Below, piece after piece: positions 1 to 7,235 of a stretch of 15,990 nucleotides of DNA (positions are counted from its first letter, which is position 1; each line of letters opens with the position of its first letter). The DNA is taken from assembly GCA_047611865.1 (NCBI GenBank), contig JBLFWS010000066.1, forward strand, positions 1 to 15,990, given 5' to 3'. Both the position numbers and the translations under genes were made by a program. The notes under the pieces were generated by a model that saw only the letters and a program-made list of their open reading frames with translations, made no database searches and had not been told where the DNA came from. This stretch comes from Chlamydiales bacterium (GTDB taxonomy: Bacteria; Chlamydiota; Chlamydiia; Chlamydiales; JBDQID01).

Positions 1-66
1 GCGAATTTAGGACTCTTCACAATGGAAAAAGCCAGAGTCCTAGAGCTAGCGTGTCGATCCCGATGA
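1..66 (+). CDS. C-terminal fragment of the group II intron-encoded reverse transcriptase/maturase (ANLGLFTMEKARVLELACRSR*)
   Basis: Frame +1 is open from base 1 to TGA at 64-66, just upstream of DV. The 'LGLFT' tail resembles the C-termini of bacterial IEPs that lack an endonuclease domain. Not in the ORF track because it is 5'-truncated. Confidence 0.75.
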   Translation, partial: ANLGLFTMEKARVLELACRSR

Positions 67-152
67 GGAAACTACTAACTGGAGAGCCGTATGCGTTAAT
101 AGCGCACGTGCGGTTCGGAGGGAGGGGCGGCGAAATCCATCCCTACCCCTAT
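1..152 (+). mobile_element. Group II intron, 3' end (partial): end of intron-encoded ORF, domain V (84-116), domain VI with bulged branch-point A (145), terminal AU (151-152)
   Basis: GAGCCGTATGCG-TTAATAG-CGCACGTGCGGTTC is a domain V with AGC catalytic triad and AC bulge. It is followed by GGAGGGAGGGGCGG-CGAAAT-CCATCCCT-A-CCCCTAT, a domain VI with the bulged A 8 nt from the AY end (IIB-like spacing). It does not have the short CGC-triad DV of class C. Confidence 0.95.
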
Positions 153-190
153 CTTTTCACTGTTTTGTATCTACCCCAACTTTAGCCAAC

Positions 191-219
191 TTGTCACAAA
201 TGTTTTTTTACTTTAGCGT
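191..219 (+). promoter_or_regulatory. Possible sigma70/sigma66-type promoter for yjbQ
   Basis: TTGTCA (191-196)-N17-TAGCGT (214-219), with an SD-like GGGAG at 239-243 before ATG 250. Confidence 0.35.
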
Positions 220-249
220 TGGATAATTAAGATATCCAGGGAGAAATTA

Positions 250-693
250 ATGCAAAATACCTCTACATGGCAACAAAGGGAATTGACACTTTCGGCAATG
301 CCTCGTGGTTATCATATCATTACCGATGAGGTGGAAGCTTGCCTTGCTGATATGCCGCCAGTTCAAGTAGGGGTCTTACATGTTTTCATGATGCACACAT
401 CTGCTGGTCTCACCATTAATGAAAATGCTGATCCAACAGTGCGTATGGACTTTGAAGAACATATGAACCGCGTCTGTCCTGAAAATGCCCCCTATTTTAA
501 ACATACATCTGAGGGGCCTGACGATATGCCAGCACACCTCAAAGCAGCTCTATTAGATACCTCCCTTCTTATTCCTGTGAAGGATGGACGATTGAAAATG
601 GGAATATGGCAAGGTGTATACCTCTGCGAGTTTCGCAATCGAGCAAGACCCAGAACTCTAACTCTAACCCTGCAAGGCCAACTGGAGATCTAA
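250..693 (+). CDS. yjbQ: YjbQ / UPF0047 family protein (secondary thiamine-phosphate synthase-like)
   Basis: Signature motifs HTSAGLTINENADPTVRMD, HTSEGPDDMPAHLK and GRLKMGIWQGVYLCEFR. Confidence 0.93.
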   Translation: MQNTSTWQQRELTLSAMPRGYHIITDEVEACLADMPPVQVGVLHVFMMHTSAGLTINENADPTVRMDFEEHMNRVCPENAPYFKHTSEGPDDMPAHLKAALLDTSLLIPVKDGRLKMGIWQGVYLCEFRNRARPRTLTLTLQGQLEI

Positions 694-1340
694 TGCCTTA
701 TAATGTTGATATCCCTGGTTTCATGAGTATCCCTGATTTGGAAGTCCTGGAGCAGCTGGCACAGCAGGTCCCCGCGAAAGGGATCATTGTCGAGATTGGT
801 TCTTTTATGGGCCGCTCCTCATGGACCTTAGCTAAATCTTGTGATAGTTCAGTACAAGTTCATTGTGTTGATCCCTGGCCGAAATACACTCTTACGGACG
901 AGGACCTGGAAAGTATGGCGGGCTATACGGAGGGGCTGAAATTAGAGTTCTCTACATTTAAAAAGAATGTTCAGGATTGTCCTAATATCACGGCCATAGA
1001 AGGTTGTTCTACCGAAGTTGAGTGGCCTGAAGATAAACTCATAGACTTACTTTTCATAGATGGCGATCATGAAAGTCCCGGCGTTGAAAACGACATGGAG
1101 TGTTGGTTTAAGAGGCTTAAACCTGAAGGGATACTTGTTGGGCATGATTTTAACCTTGCTAGCTTTCCGGATGTTTGTCGTGCTGTTATCAGCAAGGCAG
1201 AAAAGGAAAATCTAGCTTTTAAGCTCTTTGAGAGTAGCGCTATTTGGCTTATCGAAAAAGATTCAGATCTCTTCAAGCATTTAGGATGGACACCGAATGA
1301 AGAGACGATAGACAAAATTAAGCGGATTCTATATGGATAG
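693..1340 (+). CDS. Class I SAM-dependent methyltransferase (Methyltransf_24-like), 215 aa
   Basis: Motifs VEIGSFMGRSS (motif I), VDPW, DLLFIDGDH and LKPEGILVGHD. Start reassigned from 606 to ATG 693, which overlaps the yjbQ stop as TAATG and is preceded by GGAG. Confidence 0.88.
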   Translation: MPYNVDIPGFMSIPDLEVLEQLAQQVPAKGIIVEIGSFMGRSSWTLAKSCDSSVQVHCVDPWPKYTLTDEDLESMAGYTEGLKLEFSTFKKNVQDCPNITAIEGCSTEVEWPEDKLIDLLFIDGDHESPGVENDMECWFKRLKPEGILVGHDFNLASFPDVCRAVISKAEKENLAFKLFESSAIWLIEKDSDLFKHLGWTPNEETIDKIKRILYG

Positions 1341-1370
1341 GCTCTTTAAACGTCTTAAGAGCTATTATTT

Positions 1371-1712
1371 ATGACTATAACTTCTCTAGATTTGAGGCCA
1401 ATCGTAAACGAAAATTTCATTCGGGTTTTCTCTCGTATTGCTCCATTAACTGATGCAGACCGTGAATGCCTACATACAAGCAATACTAAAATTTTACTTA
1501 GGTGGGCTACAGTTTCTTCTAAGGAGTATACTCTTATGGAACCTCCCTGGCATTAAGTTCCAGGGAAATAACTGTGGATTCAGAAGGAAAGCTAGATGCA
1601 TTAATTTTTGATAATTATATCATAATTAAAAAAGGCCCTCGAAAAAGAAGGTGCTGCTGCATTTAATACACGAAGCTTAGACCTGAATTATCGCCCAAAT
1701 TGCACAGAATAG
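1371..1712 (+). pseudogene. Possible degraded orphan ORF: 61-aa ORF plus protein-like continuation in other frames
   Basis: ORF 1371-1556, then overlapping open stretches 1523-1666 (…LALSSREITVDSEGKLDALIFDNYIIIKKGPRKRRCCCI*) and ~1635-1712 (ALEKEGAAAFNTRSLDLNYRPNCTE*). No recognisable family. Confidence 0.3.
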
Positions 1713-1867
1713 TAATTTACCTCACAAAACAGCCAAATTAAAGTGAAAAATATAGGGCGTATATCTTTTAAATGCTTTATAGGCAGGACTTTATGCTCCC
1801 TTTAATTCTGAGTGTTAGCATAGAATTTCGAATTTTATAAAATTAAACCGACGAAATAGAGGGTTCC

Positions 1868-2686
1868 ATGCCTGGTATATTGAAGTTTCCTACTCAAAAA
1901 TTTATGAGATCCAACAGCGCTCCCATTCCGGTGCATCAAAGACCCGATAATACGGTGAACCAGCTTGTTAGATCTGCAATGAGTCAAATTGAATTGTCTA
2001 TAAAGGAGGTGCACTTCACTGAAGAGCCTTTGGCTACAGTGCAGACTTTTGAGATTGACAGGGAAGAGGTTTTATATAAAAGAGACATGCCGGCTATGAG
2101 AAAGATAGCTTTAATGATTATGCCTCGGAGAGGACCTTTGATGAAACCCACAGGCACAATTTCTTGTAATTCTAAAAAGAATACTTTTGCTAACGACTAC
2201 GATGCAAGAAACTATAGAAAAGAAATGGCATGTAAAGCTCCTGAAGAATCTCGAAAGCTCGGGCTCTTACGGTCGGAATTAGTTCTAGCTCTTTCAAGTC
2301 CCGCTAAAAGAACCGTTTTACCGCAGACTAAACGATACAAAAATGTGAAAAGCTATATCAAAAATCATAATGGCTGCTTGGGGCAAGCGGAAAAAGATTT
2401 AGAAAGAATCAAATCAAAATCCAGAGTTCTTTTTAACAATGAGAAGCTCAAAGCTACGAAGGCCCTTCTTCACGCAGAGAATGATCTGTCAGAAGAAGAA
2501 CTAGAAAAAAGAGCCTATATCTTCGCTGAACACAAGGTGGAAAGAACCTTTACTCGGCAAGCGGTACAATTAACAAACAAAGTTTTTTATCTTAAAGAAG
2601 GTATTGGCTTGCTGATAGAACAAAAAGAGATCTTGGAAAAGAACTCTCTTGCTATTAGGGCTTTGAGTAAAATGAATCTGATCTAA
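1868..2686 (+). CDS. Hypothetical protein, 272 aa, basic, with a predicted helical/coiled-coil C-terminal half
   Basis: Long ORF with SD-like AGAGGG at 1858-1863. No recognised family motif. Confidence 0.75.
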   Translation: MPGILKFPTQKFMRSNSAPIPVHQRPDNTVNQLVRSAMSQIELSIKEVHFTEEPLATVQTFEIDREEVLYKRDMPAMRKIALMIMPRRGPLMKPTGTISCNSKKNTFANDYDARNYRKEMACKAPEESRKLGLLRSELVLALSSPAKRTVLPQTKRYKNVKSYIKNHNGCLGQAEKDLERIKSKSRVLFNNEKLKATKALLHAENDLSEEELEKRAYIFAEHKVERTFTRQAVQLTNKVFYLKEGIGLLIEQKEILEKNSLAIRALSKMNLI

Positions 2687-2825
2687 ATTGCATTTTTAAA
2701 ATGTAGATTTTGAATTCTTTTATCCTATACACAAACAACTCGTCTAAGTAAGGAGAGTTTTGAACGATTCAAAATCAGGGGGAAATCCCCTTAAAATCAG
2801 ACCTCCCCTAATTTTAATTTCTACT

Positions 2826-3117
2826 GGGTTTAATTCCCCGTAGCTCTGCTGCGAACACTCTTTTCTTTTGTTTTTTTTGGAAAGGGGACTTACATTTGTG
2901 AAAATGTCAATTAGCTCCTTCTTATCCTAAGCACCAGAGGTGTGGCATTATGTAGGCCCGGTCGTAGCGAGCTTGCGAGCAAGGCCGGGTTTACAGGTAG
3001 AAAAAACAATTGGGAGTACCAGCGGTGCGACACTATCCTCAAACACCTTCAAAAGATGACTATTCTGGCAATAGGTAATTGTGAATACCCCGTCAGCTTG
3101 CTGCGGGGAAGTTTATT
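2826..3117. mobile_element. Non-autonomous hairpin-bounded element (IS200/IS605-type MITE/PATE-like), ~290 bp
   Basis: Related subterminal palindromes in direct orientation: TAATTCCCCGTAGCTCTGCTGCG (2831-2853) and AATACCCCGTCAGCTTGCTGCGGGGAAGTTTATT (3084-3117). No terminal inverted repeats and no transposase. Lies between convergent genes. Family assignment is by resemblance only. Confidence 0.6.
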
Positions 3118-3120
3118 ACA

Positions 3121-4061
3121 CTACCTAATCCGCTGGAAACTTTTATCCCTTCCAAAAAGTCCAGCTCCAGAATCGACACTTAGCAACCCGCGATCTATAG
3201 TTCCTGTTTCAGCGTAGTTTTCGAGCATTTCCCTATGGGCTTTTCTGTATTTTTCTGAATGCGCTCTTTCAGGGTAGAGGAGAGTCATTTTGAGGTACTT
3301 GATTTCATTACTCATTAAACGATAGTAGGTATTTTTTGGGGCATATTGTAGTGCAACGTGGATATGTCTCGATGCTACAAGAAGACACTTGGCGACTTCC
3401 GAAAAGGAGGGGTCGTTACCATGTAGCATCTTCAGTATTTTGGATGCCTCTGTTGCAAAGAAATGCCCGAATGTAAATTTAGGAAGTTGGTAATCTTTGT
3501 CCAGAGCAGAAGCTTGGAAATAAAAAAACCTTGCTTCTTGATCCCAGAGCCTTGTTTCGGCCCACATTCCCACATGGAAAAAGAAGCTTGCGGAAGCATC
3601 AGATTCCCTGAGTCTGTAAAGATTTTCTTGGGCCTCTTTCCCGAAGCCATCATTGTCCATTGCGATCAGCACTTTGAAAAGGTCGTGATGTGAAGGGCTC
3701 TATCAAGCATAAGCTCTAAAGTCCGGAGTTTGGATTGTGGATCAGAACTTAGTTCAAGGTCATTTTCCTGGTATTTTTTTAGCAGGATCTCATTGGCATT
3801 TTTTTCGATGCTTCTTTTCAAAGTTTTCCACTTTTCTAATCTTTCTGAGTTATAGCGGTATGTAGGAATACGATTCTTTTGGACGGTGACGCGGTTTTCG
3901 AGGGAAAGAATTGATTGGTAGCTGTTTTCTTGGGATGCGGATATCTGGTTAAAGATTTTTTCGATATCTAGGTACTCATTTCTTAGCTCAGCTCTGACAG
4001 AAGATGTCATTCCTGAAAACCAATTACTGGGGGAAAAGCTATTGAGAAAAGTAGGCCACAT
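3121..4061 (-). pseudogene. Split/frameshifted orphan TPR-like gene (ORFs 3666-4061 and 3121-3672), paralog of 4110-4838
   Basis: The first ORF aligns with the N-terminus of 4110-4838 (SPSNWFSGMTSSVR vs SPHTWISGMSSKQR; IPTYRYN vs IPKRRFN; TLELM vs KLELM). The second aligns with its C-terminus (KEAQ…SASFF…W…WDQEARFFYFQA vs KEAR…SSCFY…W…WHKEAMELYSKA). The two frames overlap between 3669 and 3699. Confidence 0.75.
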
Positions 4062-4109
4062 ATCCGTTATCCAAAAAAAGTTTTTACTAATTCGGGAGTG
4101 TAGTCAAGA

Positions 4110-4838
4110 TTAGGATTGTTCTGAATCTTTTGTCTTTTGTTTGATGGCTTTGCTATAAAGTTCCATTGCTTCTTTGTGCCAGCCCTGTCGTTTGCACCAA
4201 TCGGCGGCTTCCACGTAAAAACAAGAACTTTCATTATATTGGAGTAGCTTACCCGTATAGTCTCTGGCTTCTTTCTCCATCTGATTTGCCATCATCAATT
4301 GTATAAGATCAAAGGCTTTTTGAGCGGAAACCACAACTTGTCTTTGTACGGATATTCCACGAATTGTGAGTTGTCTGCTGAGGTTCATTTCACCCTGGCG
4401 AGCCAGTTGTTTGGCGTCTTGAAGATAAGATTTGTAGTTTTCGTAAAGAATAGGGGGCATCAACTCCAGTTTGCAAAACACAAGTTTAGCATGTTCCAGG
4501 TGGGAGTTGCTAATTAAGTCATGGAGGACAAGACCAAGTTCAGAGGCTTTAGTGTTTTGGTGGAGAATGATACAGAGGGCTTTTCTGTGAATACTCTGGG
4601 ATAAGTCACTTCGCATGGCGCGAATAGTTCTATTAAATCTTCTCTTTGGAATGGAGCTATTTTGTAGGATAACCTGCTGTTCCAAATTTACTAAGAACTT
4701 CCAGTCGGGAGTGGGCTTTTCGGAATGGTTTTTGAATATTGTAAGGGCTGATTCGTATTGACTTTTTAGATTAGATCTTTGTTTTGAAGACATCCCTGAA
4801 ATCCACGTATGTGGTGAAAGCAGAGACGTGATATCCAT
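4110..4838 (-). CDS. Hypothetical helical protein with C-terminal TPR-like motif, 242 aa
   Basis: ATG overlaps the rsmI stop (TAATG). FYVEAADWCKRQGWHKEAMELYSKAIKQ is TPR-like. Has an adjacent paralog. Confidence 0.8.
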   Translation of the reverse strand: MDITSLLSPHTWISGMSSKQRSNLKSQYESALTIFKNHSEKPTPDWKFLVNLEQQVILQNSSIPKRRFNRTIRAMRSDLSQSIHRKALCIILHQNTKASELGLVLHDLISNSHLEHAKLVFCKLELMPPILYENYKSYLQDAKQLARQGEMNLSRQLTIRGISVQRQVVVSAQKAFDLIQLMMANQMEKEARDYTGKLLQYNESSCFYVEAADWCKRQGWHKEAMELYSKAIKQKTKDSEQS

Positions 4839-5659
4839 TATTGAATCGTTTCTTTGTAAACATCTCGTTTGGGGACACCCCTGAGTTGGGCGACGACTTT
4901 GATAGCTTCTTTTTTGGAAACTCCGTAATCCTCTTCAACTAATTTGACATGTTCTTCCAAGCTAAGTGATGTCCAGTCTATGGACTCATTTTCTTTTCCT
5001 GATATCATCAGAACGATTTCACCTTTTGGAGCTTTTTCTTTGAAGCGAGAAATGAGATCCATAGCTTTGCCGCGAATGGTCTCTTCGAACTTTTTTGTTA
5101 ATTCTCTTCCAACAGAAACTTTTCTTTCAGCAGCAAGCTCGTGGATAATCTCGAGGGTTTTAATGAGCCTATTGGGAGATTCATAGCATATAGTGGTTCC
5201 ACGGTACTGCAAAATTTCCCGAAGAGTATTTGATAACTCTTGCTGTTTTTTTGGAAGAAAACCTACAAATTGAAACAGTTCAGTATTAAGGCCTGAGCAA
5301 CTCAATGCGGTCACGGCGGCACAGGCTCCAGGGATTGAAGTGACGGAAATGCCTTCTTCAACAGCCTTTTCTACAAGTCTCGTTCCGGGGTCAGCAATTC
5401 CCGGGGTCCCTGCATCAGAGATTAGAGCAATAGACTTACCGTCGTGTAAGTCTATTATAAGCTCATCCTCTCGGCTGGCTTCGTTGAACTTATGATAACT
5501 CTTCAACGGTTTCTTGATGTCATAATGCTTGAGAAGGACTGAGCTGTGGCGTGTGTCTTCGCATAAGATATAATCGCACGATTGCAGAACTTCTACAGCT
5601 CTGTAAGTCATGTCTGAAAGATTTCCTATAGGAGTAGCGACGAGATATAACACGGTCAT
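4838..5659 (-). CDS. rsmI: 16S rRNA (cytidine(1402)-2'-O)-methyltransferase
   Basis: Motifs LYLVATPIGNLSD, CEDTRHS, ISDAGTPGIADPG, YESPNRL, RELTKKFEE and KGEIVL. Confidence 0.97.
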   Translation of the reverse strand: MTVLYLVATPIGNLSDMTYRAVEVLQSCDYILCEDTRHSSVLLKHYDIKKPLKSYHKFNEASREDELIIDLHDGKSIALISDAGTPGIADPGTRLVEKAVEEGISVTSIPGACAAVTALSCSGLNTELFQFVGFLPKKQQELSNTLREILQYRGTTICYESPNRLIKTLEIIHELAAERKVSVGRELTKKFEETIRGKAMDLISRFKEKAPKGEIVLMISGKENESIDWTSLSLEEHVKLVEEDYGVSKKEAIKVVAQLRGVPKRDVYKETIQ

Positions 5660-5682
5660 AACCGATCAGAAAGTGAAAAAAA

Positions 5683-5753
5683 AGGTGGCACCCAGATTCG
5701 AACTGGGGATAAAGGCTTTGCAGGCCTCTGCCTTACCACTTGGCCATGCCACC
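5683..5753 (-). tRNA. tRNA-Cys (GCA), CCA not encoded
   Basis: Reverse complement GGTGGCATGGCCAAGTGGTAAGGCAGAGGCCTGCAAAGCCTTTATCCCCAGTTCGAATCTGGGTGCCACCT folds as a cloverleaf with anticodon GCA (5719-5721), TTCGAAT T-loop and U73 discriminator. Confidence 0.97.
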
Positions 5754-5780
5754 GTACTTTCTATGCTTGAAAGATCTGGA

Positions 5781-5810
5781 ATAATACGTGATAGCTTGAT
5801 ATACCGTCAA
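5781..5810 (-). promoter_or_regulatory. Sigma70/sigma66-type promoter for tRNA-Cys-rsmI
   Basis: On the minus strand, TTGACG (5810-5805)-N18-TATTAT (5786-5781), 27 nt upstream of the tRNA 5' end. Confidence 0.7.
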
Positions 5811-5835
5811 CAGAAACTCCAACTAAAGAGCTCTT

Positions 5836-7173
5836 GTGAAAGTAATTACGATAAAACAATTTTTTAATTTGACAGGGGAGTTGTGCTCTTCTGAGGCTAT
5901 TTTCCAGGGGGTCTCTGTCGATTCTCGAAATCTCAAGCCTGGAGATATATATTTTGCCTTACCTGGTGAAAGAGTAGATGGCCATCAATTTATTGGGTTA
6001 GCAGCTTCCAAAGGTGCAGTCGCAGCAGTTGTGTCTTATGACTATAGTGGTGAAGGCTTCGGTTTGCCTCTCATTAAACGAGAAGATGTCTTGAAAACTT
6101 TGCAGGATCTGGCTAGCAAAATCCTGGAGGAAAGAGGAAGTAGAGTCGTAGCTGTTACAGGATCTCATGGTAAAACGACTACAAAAGAATTCCTTACTAC
6201 CCTGATAAAAGAAAAATATACAGCTTCTTCTACGCTAGGAAATTATAACGGACAAATTGGACTGCCACTGAGTATTTTAAAGTCTGATGGGGCCGAAGAA
6301 ATCCTTGTCCTCGAAATGGGTATGAGTCAGGCAGGTGAAATTGCCAAGCTTGTCCAAATAGCTCCTCCCGAAGTTGCCGTGATCGGGAATGTCGACAGGG
6401 CCCATGCGGAGTTCTTCGATTCTATCGAAAGCATTAGCAATGCTAAAGCTGAAATTTTATCTAGTTCAAAAACGCGATTGGGGATTCTTAACAGGGATTT
6501 GACTTTTTATGAGCAGGTAGAATCCAAGGGAGAGTGCAGGAAATGCTCTTTTTCTACATCTAATAGAGATGCTGATTTCTTGCTAAGTTATGAGAAGGGG
6601 ATTTCCTCGATACTCCACAAAGGCAATACCGTTTTTACCGGAAGGGTCCCGGTCCCGGGTGTCTTTAATCTCGAAAACTTTTTGGCAGCAGCCATTGCTG
6701 CAAATGCTATGGGTGTCAGTTGGGAAGAAATAGGCAGGGCTTCAAAAAAGCTGAACTTACCGGAACGCAGGTTTCAGGAACTTCAAAAAGGAGAAATCCT
6801 TTTCATAGATGATGCCTACAACGCTTCGAGTCCTCTCGCTATGCGTGCAGCATTGTCCAGTATTCCGGCTCCTACTCACCAAGGAAGAAAGCTTGCCCTT
6901 TTAGGGGAAATGCTGGAGTTGGGGAAGTTTTCCGAAGATGCCCATAGGGAAGTCGGGGAGTATGCTCTGGATAAAGTTGAGCTGCTATTCTGCTACGGAG
7001 AGGGATGTAAAAGTATTGTAGATTTATGGAAAGCCAAAGGTAGAGACGCTCAATTATTTCTCAAGCAAGATGAACTGGTCGAAGCTCTCCATGAAATATT
7101 GATTCCTGGTGACGTTGTTTTAGTAAAAGGTTCTCGGGGTTGTGCTTTAGAAAAGGTCATCGAAAAGTTTTGA
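5836..7173 (+). CDS. murF: UDP-N-acetylmuramoyl-tripeptide--D-alanyl-D-alanine ligase
   Basis: Motifs DSR…GDIYFALPGERVDGH, VTGSHGKTTTKE, GNYNGQIGLP, VLEMGMS, DDAYNAS, LGEMLELG and LVKGSRG. GTG start. Confidence 0.96.
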   Translation: MKVITIKQFFNLTGELCSSEAIFQGVSVDSRNLKPGDIYFALPGERVDGHQFIGLAASKGAVAAVVSYDYSGEGFGLPLIKREDVLKTLQDLASKILEERGSRVVAVTGSHGKTTTKEFLTTLIKEKYTASSTLGNYNGQIGLPLSILKSDGAEEILVLEMGMSQAGEIAKLVQIAPPEVAVIGNVDRAHAEFFDSIESISNAKAEILSSSKTRLGILNRDLTFYEQVESKGECRKCSFSTSNRDADFLLSYEKGISSILHKGNTVFTGRVPVPGVFNLENFLAAAIAANAMGVSWEEIGRASKKLNLPERRFQELQKGEILFIDDAYNASSPLAMRAALSSIPAPTHQGRKLALLGEMLELGKFSEDAHREVGEYALDKVELLFCYGEGCKSIVDLWKAKGRDAQLFLKQDELVEALHEILIPGDVVLVKGSRGCALEKVIEKF

Positions 7174-7218
7174 TATAGAGTAATGTATCAAAAGGTGGAG
7201 TTGATATATTACTCTATA
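7174..7218. terminator. 18-bp near-perfect inverted repeat between convergent genes (probable bidirectional terminator or mini-MITE)
   Basis: TATAGAGTAATGTATCAA (7174-7191), 9-nt loop, TTGATATATTACTCTATA (7201-7218). 17/18 Watson-Crick pairs plus one G-T. Starts right after the murF stop. No U-tract. Confidence 0.55.
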
Positions 7219-7235
7219 CCAAATGAGGATAAAAA

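Noticed and set aside
606..692. N-terminal extension of the methyltransferase ORF from ATG 606
   Set aside because: Overlaps the conserved yjbQ C-terminus. ATG 693 with an SD and TAATG coupling is a better start.
2942..3217. 91-aa + strand ORF
   Set aside because: Runs through the hairpin element and antisense into a real gene, with no recognisable motif. Likely spurious.
5683..5753. tRNA-Cys as an integration site for the downstream orphan genes
   Set aside because: No integrase or duplicated tRNA 3' end was seen, and the next gene is the housekeeping rsmI.
5610..5867. 85-aa + strand ORF
   Set aside because: Antisense shadow of tRNA-Cys and the rsmI start.
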